From Babesia bigemina (Eukaryota), in contig NC_027217.1 in NCBI RefSeq assembly GCF_000981445.1, forward strand, positions 1,674,001-1,738,000: DNA of 64,000 nt. The letters run 5' to 3'. The translations under genes and the position numbers were made by a program. The notes below the pieces were generated by a model that worked only from the letters and a program-made list of their open reading frames with translations, had not been told where the DNA came from and made no database searches. This document shows positions 24,819 to 35,662 of the stretch, piece by piece (the first letter of the stretch is position 1; each line of letters begins with the position of its first letter).

Positions 24819-25911
24819 GAAGATCCGAGAGATTGAGGCCGAAATGGCCAGGACTCAGAAAAACAAGGCAACTGAGTACCATCTCGGACAGCTCAAGGCA
24901 AAGCTCGCCAAGTACAGGACGCAGCTGGTCGAGGCGCGTGCCATGGGCGGCGGCAAGGGAGAAACCTTCGAAGTGTCCAAGTACGGAGACGCCAGAGTAT
25001 GTCTGATCGGGTTCCCTTCCGTGGGGAAGTCGACGCTGTCAAACGCGCTGACTAACATGAACTCGGCAACCGCCGAGTACGAGTTCACCACGCTGACATG
25101 CGTGCCCGGCATCCTGGTCTACAAAGCGGCCAAGATACAGCTCCTCGATCTGCCAGGTATCCTGGACGGGGCCTCCGAGGGCAGAGGCCGTGGAAGGCAG
25201 GTCATCGCCATAGCCAACAGCTGCGATCTCGTACTCATGATACTGGACGCCACCAAGGACGACTCGCAGAAACGCAAGTTGGAGCGGGAGCTTGAAAACG
25301 CCGGCATCCGCATCAACAGGAAGCCGCCAAACATATCGTTCAGGCAGAAGAAGACTGGCGGGCTGAACATCAACCACCTAGTGCCAGTCACCCACCTCAG
25401 CGAGCGCGTCGTGCACTCCGTGCTGCACGAGTACAAGATATTCCACGCCGACATCATCATCCGCGAGGACGCCACCGTGGACGACCTGATCGACGTCGTG
25501 CGCGGCAATGTCAAGTACTGCAAGTGCATATACGTCTACAACAAGGTCGACATGCTGTCGCTGCCGGAAATCGAGGAGATAGCCATGCGGCCGAACTCCG
25601 TGGTCGTCAGCAGCGGCAAGGAGTGGAACCTCGAGCTGCTGAAGGAGCGGATGTGGGACGAACTCGAACTGATGCGCATATACACCAAGAACAAGGGCGA
25701 ACTACCCAACTTCGACGAACCCATCATCATGACGCCCCAGCGTGGCGACGGCCGGGTCTCATCGGCCGTCGAGATGATCCACAAGAAGATGCTCGACGAG
25801 TTTAAGTTCGCGCTCGTTTGGGGCACCAGCGTCAAGCACAACCCGCAGCACGTCGGCCTGCGCCACAAGCTGAACGACGAGGACGTCATCCAGGTCTTCA
25901 AGAAGCGGTGA
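24805..25911 (+). CDS. DRG2: Developmentally regulated GTP-binding protein (DRG/RBG family, DRG2-like)
   Basis: Canonical start [48 protein letters not shown], NKVD and a TGS domain ending [10 protein letters not shown]. Confidence 0.96.
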   Translation: [368 protein letters not shown]

Positions 25912-26163
25912 GTGACGGACGTTAATCATGCCTTCACAAGGCGGTTAATGACGGACGTCAATCAGGTCTTTACAAGGCGGTTAATGACGGACGTCAATCA
26001 TGCCTTCATAAGGCGGTTAATGACGGACGTCAATCATGCCTTCATAAGGCGGTCAACTGCGGACGTCAATCAGGTCTTTACAAGGCGGTCAACTGCGGAC
26101 GTCAATCAGGTCTTCACAAGGCGGTCAACTGCGGACGTCAATCGAGTTGTCAAGAAGTGGTGG
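25876..26163 (+). repeat. 36-bp tandem minisatellite (DRG 3' end plus 7 derived copies)
   Basis: Units start at 25912, 25948, 25984, 26020, 26056, 26092 and 26128, with consensus ~(atg acg|act gcg) gac gtc aat ca(g/t) g(t/c)c tt(c/t) a(c/t)a agg cgg t(t/c)a. Confidence 0.95.
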
Positions 26164-26547
26164 TGCACGTATGTAGCCACTCTTGTCACGCACAATCCCA
26201 AGTTTTATGAAGCGGTTCCGCACGCCAGTTTGTTGGTGGAGCGTATGCCCGTCACCGCCAAGCAGTCAGTGCGGGGATTCATAGAACATTAAACTTAATA
26301 ACATACATGTATTTCAGACCGCGTTCATGAACTAAGCAGCACTTGCGGCAACGGCGGCTCGGAGGCTCTCCGTATAACGACAGCGGCGAGACAGCCGGTT
26401 GGCCCAAACTCGCGGCAGCCTCGGTGAACAAGGCCCAGTCAAGTGTACCCCGGCCGCCAAACGAACGTGCAAAACGCAGCAGATATCGACATCCACAAAG
26501 CCACGGAAAATGAAGCGAATTGCGAAACATTCACGGAAAGTTCACGC

Positions 26548-27039
26548 CTAACCCAGAAGGGCGCTGGCAGTCTCCGACTTGTACTTCCAGTTGGCGGGAA
26601 GGCGGCGCTTCTTCTTGCAGTAACGCGCAAGCCTGTGGATCTTGGACTCGAGCAAAATGAGGCGGAACTTCGAGTCCTTGTCGTTGAGGTTGTGCTCCAT
26701 GTGCTTCCTCATCACCACGGCCTTCTTGACCAAGAAGTACAGGTCCTCCGGAATGTCCGGCGCCCAACCTGCACAAAATATAACGCACACACCGCGGCAC
26801 TAACCGTGTCCCCTGAGGATGCGCAGGATCTTGTTGTTCGTGATGGCCTTCACCATGGGCACAGCGTTGGAATCACGAAGCACCACACCGATTTGCGAGG
26901 GGGTCATACCCTTCTTGGCGAGCTTCACGATATGCTGCTCGAGCTGCAGCGGCCTGGTCTTGACCCAGGGGGCCGGCCTGCGGCGGTAAGGGACACTCGA
27001 GGACGAGATACCCTTGCCCTTCCCGTACATACGGCCCAT
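26548..27039 (-). CDS. RPS13: 40S ribosomal protein S13 (uS15), 2 exons
   Basis: [45 protein letters not shown] and [21 protein letters not shown], with one short intron. Confidence 0.97.
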
Positions 27040-27201
27040 GTTGCTCGCTTGTGTACACAACTATACCACAAAATGGCCGATATAAAAAGGTTCCTCAGAC
27101 GGAACGAAATTAGTGCGCTGTGTTACGCTGCTGCCGTCAGCCGTCGCGGCACCTCGATGGGGCACCCGCGGCAGCGGCTCTCATGGGGAGAACAACTCGG
27201 G

Positions 27202-28271
27202 TCATTTCGCGGCTCTGCCGCCGCCGAAGTAGCTCAGAATGGAAGGTTGGCGCGCCTTAACGGGCTGTTGAGGTGCGACCGGTCTTTCCGGCAGCGTCGA
27301 CTCGGAGTTATCGGCCAGCTTGCCGGGCGACTCCGTGAGCTCGCTGTTAGGCTTATCCGCCTCAGACTCCGTGGGAGCGCGTTCGCTCGCAGCACTTGGC
27401 CTATCTTTTGGGTGTGTAGCGGTAGAATTGAACAGCTGCTCCTCGGAGCCGGCGAGGAACTGATACTTCGGGTACAACGGGTTGTTGATGACGCTTGCTG
27501 CAGTGCATTATTTACCACGCCAATAAAGTTACGGAACGCCAAGAAAAGTGTATTGTGAGCAGTTGGGGCCATATGAGACGCTTTTGGGGCGCTAAAACTC
27601 ACCGATATGCTCCGGCTTGACCGGGTAACTTGCGCCCGTGTCTACGATGTGTTTGTCGACGTGCCCAGCGAACTGCGACAAAAATATCACCTGTCAGCCC
27701 ATTGTCACACTGTACTTAAACGGCCTACCGTAGCCTGGCCTAGCGTGCGCGACGCATCCTTGGTCATCCTCGGCGCCTCGTCGTCTAGCTCGAGGATGCG
27801 CTTCAGCCGGTGCGGTGGAATCACGATGTCGCCGGGCTCCGGTTTGCCCTGAGCGTCGGCAGCGCCGTTCGCCGGGGCGATTGCGGCGGCCTTTTTGCGA
27901 TATTCCTGCGGCGCCGTTAGGTCTACACATCACGGACAGAAGGCACGCAACAGTACTCAGCACAAAAACGAAACTGTGGCATGATAATGCGCCGTAGATT
28001 TGTCACTGAGAGCGGCGCAAGCGCCGCCGAGAGGAGCTAGAGGCTACATGGTCAACGACAACGTGCAGACAACACCAACCTCTTGATGCGGGCATTCCTT
28101 CCACAGCCGGGCCACCTCGCGCTGCACATCGGCGAGCGGCACAGTCTGCGCGCTATAAAAGGGAGAAAGGCGGCACACCTCGGAGCCCAGACGGGCAAGC
28201 AGCTCGGCTCTCACGTCGCCGACCACCTCATTGTAGAACAGACGGAACCCAGTCACGCCATGCGAAGACAT
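27202..28271 (-). CDS. HMG-box-like plus histone-fold (NF-YC/Dpb3/CHRAC-like) protein with a C-terminal PIP box, about 5 exons
   Basis: Spliced translation: GFRLFYNEV...ADVQREVARLWKE..QEEYRKKA (HMG-like); IPPHRLKRILELDDEAPRMTKDASRTLGQAT...VKPEHIASVI...KYQFL (histone fold); QPSILSYF near the C-terminus. One splice junction is ambiguous. Confidence 0.65.
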
Positions 28272-28320
28272 AATAAAAAAATATTAACGGAGTTTATTAA
28301 AGCGCGGACGACAGATATGT

Positions 28321-30928
28321 TCAGGCATTGATCTGCATTCTCAACATTTGATCGGGGGAGGGCGTGACCCTGGACTGCACGATGCGGCGGCGCAGGTGAG
28401 CCTGCAGACGCACGATGCCCTCCATGGAGGAGAACATCTGGTCGCGGGCGGCCTGGCGAGTCAGCCACGCGTCCAGCATCGCGGTGATGGGCTCCCAGAC
28501 GCTGAGGCGCTGGCGCTGCAGGGCAGTCAGGTCCTTCGCCACCTTCTGGGTCAGGAACATCATGGTCTTACCGAGGGCGTACTGGCCAGTCTTCAGGCCC
28601 ACGGACTCAGCAAGGCGCTGGGACGCGGTCTTGGGGTCCAGGGACTTGTTGTTGGTGATGCCGAGGTCGATGTACTTGTACTGCTCCAGGAACAGCTCGT
28701 ACGGACGGCGGTACGAGTAACCGAGCTTGCGCAGCTGCAGCGCCTCGATGATGCTGAGCGCGTGCAGCTGCACCAGGATCTTCACGTTGTTGAACTCAAG
28801 CGGCTGCTTGGACTCGTTCGGCTTGACACAGCGGATGAAGTGGGAGTCGGTGCTGTTGATGAGCTTCATCAGGGCGTCCAGCTGCGACATGAACTGCGAG
28901 CCGATCAGCTGGCCCTTAGCCAACTTGCCGCGGGTCACATTGACGTTCTCGAACAGGTTGTTGATCGTCTGGTTGGGCGACGCGTTCACGCACTCCACCA
29001 GCTCCGCAGTCAGCACGTCCTTGTTCTTGAAGATGAACTGCTGCGCGTTGTACTGGATGGTGCCGATCGTGTGCACCACGTTGAAGTTCAGCTGCGCGTT
29101 CACCTTCGCGGGCACGTACTTGTTGTTGTCCTTCAGCTGGTTGTTGCACGCGCTCACCAGCTTCTCGTCGCTGCCGCCGGGCGCCAGGCACTGGTCCTCC
29201 AGCAAAGACAAAATGGACTTACCCTTCGCGCACAAAACCTCGATGATCGCGGCGTTGCTCGTGTAGTTCAGCTCGGGGATGGGGATGCCCTCGGACTTGT
29301 ACAGCGCGCCCTCGCGCTTGAACACGATGTCCACGAAGTTAGTCTGCAGCATCTCGTTCGTGATGTTGATGAACAGCTGCTCAAGCGAGTTGTTCTTGAA
29401 CACCTCGAAACCGAAAATGTCAAGCATACCAATGAAGTTCTTGAACCCGCCCTCGGGCTCGATCGAGCGGTTGAGGTTGCGGATCAGCCACAGGAACAGG
29501 CGCTCGTACATGGCCTTGCAGATACTCGATTTGAGCACCTCCGCGTCGCTCTGCTTGCGCGGGCCGCGGATCTCGTTGTTGCCGGCGCTCGTCACCTTCA
29601 CGGTGAACTCGGTCTCCAGCACGTTGGGGTCCAGGAACATCAGCTGGCACGCGTCGTTGAACTCAGACTTGTTCACGATCGTGGCGGCATCGTCCACGCC
29701 CTCCACGGTGGTGGAGCCGATCTCAACGTTACCCATAAGCAAAACACCGGACAGCAACGAGAAGATTGTGGCGATCTGCTCCTCGCTCAGGCCCATGCTC
29801 TCGAACGACTGCATCACCTCCTTGAAGTCAGCCACGTCGTCGATGCCGGGCACGTCCTGGCACTTCGGGTTCAAAAACTTGTAATCGCCGATCGACTTCA
29901 GCTTGTACTTGCTCTTCATCTCGGGGCTCGCGCCCTTCAGCAGCTGGTAGAAGATGTGGTACGACCGCTCGTCGGCATCCTGGGTGACGATACGGGACTT
30001 CTCCAGCAAAAACGCCACGATGGAACCGTAGCGGATACCGCCCTCCTCGGCCACATCCAGCTGCATGAAACGACCGAAACGCGACGAGTTGTTGTTGCGG
30101 ATGGTCTTCGCGTTACCGAAGGCCTCAAGCACGGGGTTCGCAGCCATGATGGCGGTCTGGATCTTGCTATTGCTCTGGCCGTCGTTCTTGTACGCGAAGT
30201 AGCGCATCATCTGCTTAGTCGCCTCAGTCTTGCCGGCACCGGACTCTCCAGACACGATGATGGTCTGCGAGTACTTGTAGTCGTAGACATTCTCCAAGGC
30301 GCGCCGGGCAGTCAGGAAAACGTGAGGAGCCAACTTCAAGGAGTCGGGCGCATCCTTGTAGCTCTTGATGACCGCGTCGGTCGCGTTGCCCAGGTTCTTG
30401 AATGGGTTGATGGCCACCAGCAGAGGGTCAGCAGTGCTGTAGATCTGGTTGTTCATGAAGCGGTGACGCAGGTAGTCCAGCACACAGGGAATGTTGGTCT
30501 GCGGAAGCATACCAATGTCGCCGTAGGTCAGCGGGTCGAGCTGCGCGTTCGTGTTCCATGCTCTGTCGATGGGCACTTCGAACGTCGCCTTCTCCTGAGA
30601 GCCGTCACGTCAAAACTCAAACCAACACACCTGGCCGGCCGGGGGAGCAGGGTCAATCTGCGTGCAAACAAGCGTAGTCTTCGTGGATCCCTGCTGCACG
30701 AGGCATTTCACGAACAGCAGCGCCGGATTTTCCTTGATGCTGGGCGCAGCGTCTGTCCATATCTGGAAGCCCTGCAAACACATTAGCGGGTCAAACTAAA
30801 TTTTTCGACACGCAAAAAACCTCACTTACCGTCAGCAACTGCTCGGAGGCGTCGAAAGGCTGAACTTGAGTGCCCTGGCGCTTGAGCGCATTCGCCGTGG
30901 CGATCTCGTCCTTGGAAACGGTCTCCAT
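28321..30928 (-). CDS. MyoA: Myosin A (class XIV glideosome motor), 3 exons
   Basis: GESGAGKT, NNNSSRFG, LDIFGFE and HFIRCVKPN, with a short tail ending QAHLRRR. N-terminal exons give METVSKDEIATA...GFQIWTD...LFVKCLVQQGS...QIDP, typical of apicomplexan MyoA. Confidence 0.96.
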
Positions 30929-31863
30929 CACGAACAGCGGAACATTAACACAAATTAATCAGTAGAGCACATATAATAACAGTGAATCCCCTTTAACGTA
31001 CATGCACTTCATCCACTCGACGTAGAGAGGCAATGCGCAATACACACGGCGCCGGAGGTGGCGCGCATGAACACTACGCCTACGAGCACACGGAGGCTGG
31101 GCAATGCGTCCACGGCCTTAAAAGCGCGGCCGCGGGTCGAATTGGCGCGCCGTCGACGCTACACCGCCGCTTCTGCATACGCGGTGGAGGGAGCCGATGC
31201 GTCTGGCTTTCGCAGCGGAGGCAAGAGCGCTGCGAACGGTAAAAATGACGCCCTGTGTGCGGGTGTAAGGGTGACCGGATGCCGAGGCGAGGCGTCTAGG
31301 CCAGCTGGCGAAGCCGACCGACGCATCGGTGGGTGACGGCCGGATGCACACGTACGTCAGTTGACACTCCCAGGTGTCTCGTGGCGTAGCAAACTTGGTC
31401 AACCGGCGTTGTGCGCCCGCTGGTGTGTTCAAGCGAGCCATCGTTGAGCGCGCTTGAGTGGCGGCACTGGCAGCTGAGCTGCTCCAGTAGGAGGTTGTAG
31501 ACGGCAGTATCTGTCCACGTCGCAACTGTGCGGCATCAGTGTTAGCACGGGGGTGCCTGGTGTAAGCGCTGCGTCGGTTTTACTGCGGTAAAATTAGGCG
31601 CGTGCAGCGACGATGTAGCCTCGGACGGTTTCCGGCGCTGGCGGCGCATCGCATTAATATCACCTAGTGCCGCAATAAAAACGCCTCTAGCAGGCAAGTG
31701 TGTGTGTTCACGGGCCCCTGGGCCGATGGTTGGCGGCGGCGAAAATTTTGGAGGCAGGGGTACTGCCGGCCGTAGTGCCACCTGATCGGCTGCACGGGCG
31801 ATGGTCCCCCTTTTCACAGCAAACAGCTATAATTATTATAGAAGCTGCTTGGTCGTAACGGGG

Positions 31864-34004
31864 ATGAGAGGCATCAACTATCGCATACTTGCGTTAATTT
31901 TTCCACTCTCCCTGCGCCTGGCGCTGCCGTCGGATTACAAAACCTGGTATGGGTCTGCCAAAAACTCATTCAGCAGGGGGAAGTCCACCTACGATGAGCT
32001 GGTGAAGTCGGCGCAGAACAGTGAGGATGAGTGCGTCATACTGCACTCAACGGACAACCGTTTGTCCACAACGCAGGGGGCCGGCAGGGGCACAGGCACG
32101 GAGTCGGGGTCCTTCCCGTGCCTCGACCACCTGCAACACAAGGGTACGCTCGGCAATAGTTGGCAGTGCAATGTAGAGTGCAGATAACCGAAGCAATTTC
32201 GACATCAACTTCAACATCGGGGATGTCGCCGGCGGCTCCAGAGAGCAGCGGCTGGTCGCCGAAGGCGGGTGCTGGCAGTTCGTGCTGAACCAGGTCAGCG
32301 CGCTCGACATCGACAGATGCGACGTGAAAGGCGAGGTATCGAGGTCGCTCATCGCGTTGGCAAAGACAAAGTGCCACCTGATCAGATCGGGCAGAACCTT
32401 CCCCCTGGCGGAGCACGGGTGCCTGCTCAACCCGGACGTCCTAGACGACAATGCGCTGGGGCTGCTCGGCGACCAGTACACCTCGAATCCGTGCAGAAGC
32501 GTGTATAACAGCGGCGAGTGTGAGAAGCTGAAGGAGGACATCGTCGCACAATGTACCAACCCGCGGGTCATGACCGAGGCTGCCTTCCAAATGTACCACG
32601 CAGATCTCAACCACATCGGTTGGTGTTATAGTCCACGGCTGTTGTATGCACGTGCGCAGATGACATATGCTTCTACCTCCAGTCAAACGAATGGAACCGC
32701 AGGACAGAATCAAACGTATGTGCGTTGTGGATCGTAGGCAACCTGTGTCAGATCAACAGGCTCGGCGAATCGGCCATAAACCTCCTCAACACGCAGCAGA
32801 ACATGGAGATGTTTCTGGCAGGCATGCAGAAGCAACAGGAAGAAAGTCTGCGAAAGGCCACCAGGTGAGGATAGTATCCGTGTAGTCTACTGCTGTGAAC
32901 GGCGACCATGCGCAGAGGCGACTTCAGTTGTGACTCTTGAACTCGTACATCTGTGGATCTACTTGAAGTCAGCTAATGTGTTGGTGAATGACCAAATGCT
33001 TTTGGATTGTGGCGTAAATCATGGGGGTATAAGAATGCAACAATGCCCAGCGTTAGTGTAGCTGATCCCAGCACTATACACGTTTTAAACGCAATGTCCG
33101 AATGTGTGCGCGACGTGTTAACCAGAAACAGTACAAATGTTCAGGTTGACCTCCTGGATGGACGCTTTGCGTGAGGACCTGAAGGATGTGTTCAACATCC
33201 TGGAGACCATCAACTCCTATCAATACAGAATATACGGTTAGTTGGTGGCACTGCCGAATACTGGGATGACTGAGGTTACAGCATTTGTTCACAGCTTCAA
33301 GCTATTCTTCGAATACGCATTGTACGTGGCCGCTGCGATCGCAGTGACCATATTCGAGGCGACGGCCTGGGCACGCCCGCGCATTGTCTTGAGTGAGTTT
33401 CGGCGTCGTGATGGCCACTCACGGTTATTGCAGCGGTTGTCGCATCATGCCTCGCTGATGCGATGGCGTTTAAGGCTATAACACGCTCTGCGGCGCTGCA
33501 CCGGTTAGGATATAGCAAGGAGGACATTTACGGTGTCACATCCTCCGCAATACGCTGGGTAGGAGCCGTGCGCTTAACGACATATGGTCCAGATTGCGGT
33601 TGCGTTATCGGTTTATATGTGGATTAGGGCTGTGCTAACGTAGGTTTATGCAACAAGGCCGCACATCGTTCCGCAGTTACCAGCCGCCTGCGCAGGCGAT
33701 GCTCAAGGAGATGCACCAAATACGCAAGATACTCACGCCACGAATCGTTTACCCAAACATCAGACCAAATACTGGTGATTCGGACGCCACTGGTGACGAA
33801 GGTAGTGACAAGCGTGCATATGGCTCACAGCACACAGACAACAGCCCCCGAGGCTACACCCTGGACGACTTCGTCGAACTATTCGGCGATCGCAGCGACA
33901 GCACATACACATACGGTAGGAAAGCGGCGGTGAGAGACATATTGGTCAGAATCTGGCTATACCACAGAGGAATCCTCCGACGGCTCTTTGGGCGAGGATT
34001 CTGA
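31864..34004 (+). CDS. GEX1: GEX1/KAR5/Brambleberry-family nuclear fusion protein, multi-exon
   Basis: Signal peptide; Cys-rich domain CW...C...RSLIALAKTKCHLIRSGR...C...MTEAAFQMY...HIDDICFYLQSNEWNRRTE; coiled coil; three hydrophobic segments; cytoplasmic tail. Confidence 0.82.
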
Positions 34005-34387
34005 AGGACTCGTTGAGGAGTACCTCGAAACGCAAAGCCGGCGGCGAAGACGTACAATAAACCCCCAAAGGGTGACCAACTATAGACGCATATAGCGTTA
34101 ACACACACTAATATCGCATGAATGAAGTGTATGAAGCAGACATCCAATGTATGCGACGTGGCCCCCTGCAAGTCACACACCTGGACTCAGCCACCTAATT
34201 CTTCGCCGCAGGAAATCACCACGTTTGCATATGCCGTCTAAATGATAACGGTGGCAGCCATGGCTTTTGATTTGCTAAGGATGTGCTAACACGGCATCCT
34301 TTCTGACAGGGTCGAGACAGCCCGAGCTCGGTTGTCCCAAGCGGCCATAGAAGTGTATTCGGACTCGAGACGTACTTCAGAGCAGAG

Positions 34388-35662
34388 ATGGATCAGCGAG
34401 GATACCGGATGGGAAACCCCGGAGCGGACGGCGCCGCGGGCGCTCATAACCAGGGGCAACAACCAGATGCATGGGCCCACCAGATGCAGACTGTGCCATA
34501 CTACAACCCGCAGCAGCATCGCATGGAGTTCTCCGCGCCGATGGTCATGCGGCCAATGTCCGACTCTCCACATGCAACGCCGGGGGCTCAAATGGTAAAC
34601 GTGCCGTACGCCAATCCGCTGCATGTCAGCTCACAGCCCAGCCCCTTGCAGCAGAACCATCCTACACACGGACATATGCAGCACGCCCACCAAGTGTATG
34701 CGGCAGGGCGTACAAATGCCATGCAGGCGCATCCTGCGCATCAACAGATGATGCACAATCCAACGATGTCGCAGCATGTGGATATGCAGAGGATGGGCGC
34801 CAACAGCCAGATGGGGCCAAGACCTGACGGAATGAGTCCTGATAAACGTCAATACATCATGCCCACCGGCCATACGCAGTCGACGGAAACGCTGCGTGCC
34901 CAATCGCCGAAAATGGTGAGTGGGAGTCCGACGCAGGTACCATCCCCGAGAGACACCACAAATCAAACACCAACGAAAGAGACATCTACGCCGCCGATGA
35001 AGCCGCCACAGCCTGTAGTTGCAAACCCGCTGTTGGCACCGCAATGTAAACAAGTGCAAGCAAGTCTGGTAGCGCAACAATCACCGACGCGGCAGGCAAC
35101 GCCAACGTCGCCGCTTCTGCGGCAACTCCCGACAGGGACTCCCAAGCAGCTACTGAAACCTCCCGAGCCTCCGAAGCCAGATCTATGCAGGATGGACTGT
35201 GGCAAGTTTTTCGCGCCGCTGGTTGAAGCCATGAATTTCGACTCTGCCACACAGCCTTCAGGGCTGTCACTCGATGACAAGTTTGAGCAGTTTGGAAACA
35301 GCATCGCAGCAATGCTGCAGCAACAAGCGCAGATACTGGAAACGTGTCAGCTGCAGGTCAGCGATGCGGATGCCGCATTGGCGGAAGGCAGCGTGGTGAA
35401 CGTTCACAAACTTGATGCCATGACTGAGGCATCTTCCGGTCTATTCGCTAACATCTCCACACTATCGCAACAAATGCACGAGATGGTAGACGAGCTACCG
35501 CCGTTTTATACTAGGTCGTCCCACTACTTCCGCAATCTGGAAATCAAGGTAGGAGACTTCACGTCGTTCTCCCACACACATGTGCCGGAGGCCGCTGTAG
35601 CAGCGCACCTAGTCCGCTTACAGGACGAGCTGCTAAAAGAGCATCAACCGCCTGGCCCTTAG
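34388..35662 (+). CDS. Gln/Pro/Met-rich hypothetical protein with a helical C-terminal region (3' end may be spliced)
   Basis: 424-aa ORF with a low-complexity N-terminus; possible donor gtagg at about 35549. Confidence 0.7.
   Translation: MDQRGYRMGNPGADGAAGAHNQGQQPDAWAHQMQTVPYYNPQQHRMEFSAPMVMRPMSDSPHATPGAQMVNVPYANPLHVSSQPSPLQQNHPTHGHMQHAHQVYAAGRTNAMQAHPAHQQMMHNPTMSQHVDMQRMGANSQMGPRPDGMSPDKRQYIMPTGHTQSTETLRAQSPKMVSGSPTQVPSPRDTTNQTPTKETSTPPMKPPQPVVANPLLAPQCKQVQASLVAQQSPTRQATPTSPLLRQLPTGTPKQLLKPPEPPKPDLCRMDCGKFFAPLVEAMNFDSATQPSGLSLDDKFEQFGNSIAAMLQQQAQILETCQLQVSDADAALAEGSVVNVHKLDAMTEASSGLFANISTLSQQMHEMVDELPPFYTRSSHYFRNLEIKVGDFTSFSHTHVPEAAVAAHLVRLQDELLKEHQPPGP

Noticed and set aside
25912..26163. 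36-bp repeats as a CRISPR array
   Set aside because: Units are head-to-tail with no unique spacers, derive from the DRG 3' end, and lie in a eukaryote with no cas genes.
26443..27558. 371-aa plus-strand ORF
   Set aside because: Antisense to RPS13 and the histone-fold gene; no coding features of its own.
28348..30786. 812-aa antisense ORF over MyoA, and similar long antisense or alternate-frame ORFs over RPB1, DIS3, DBP10 and others
   Set aside because: Shadow ORFs expected from strong GC3 codon bias; no recognisable motifs.
31033..31817. Short ORFs between MyoA and GEX1
   Set aside because: No motif, signal or consistent splice model; more likely UTR or promoter sequence.
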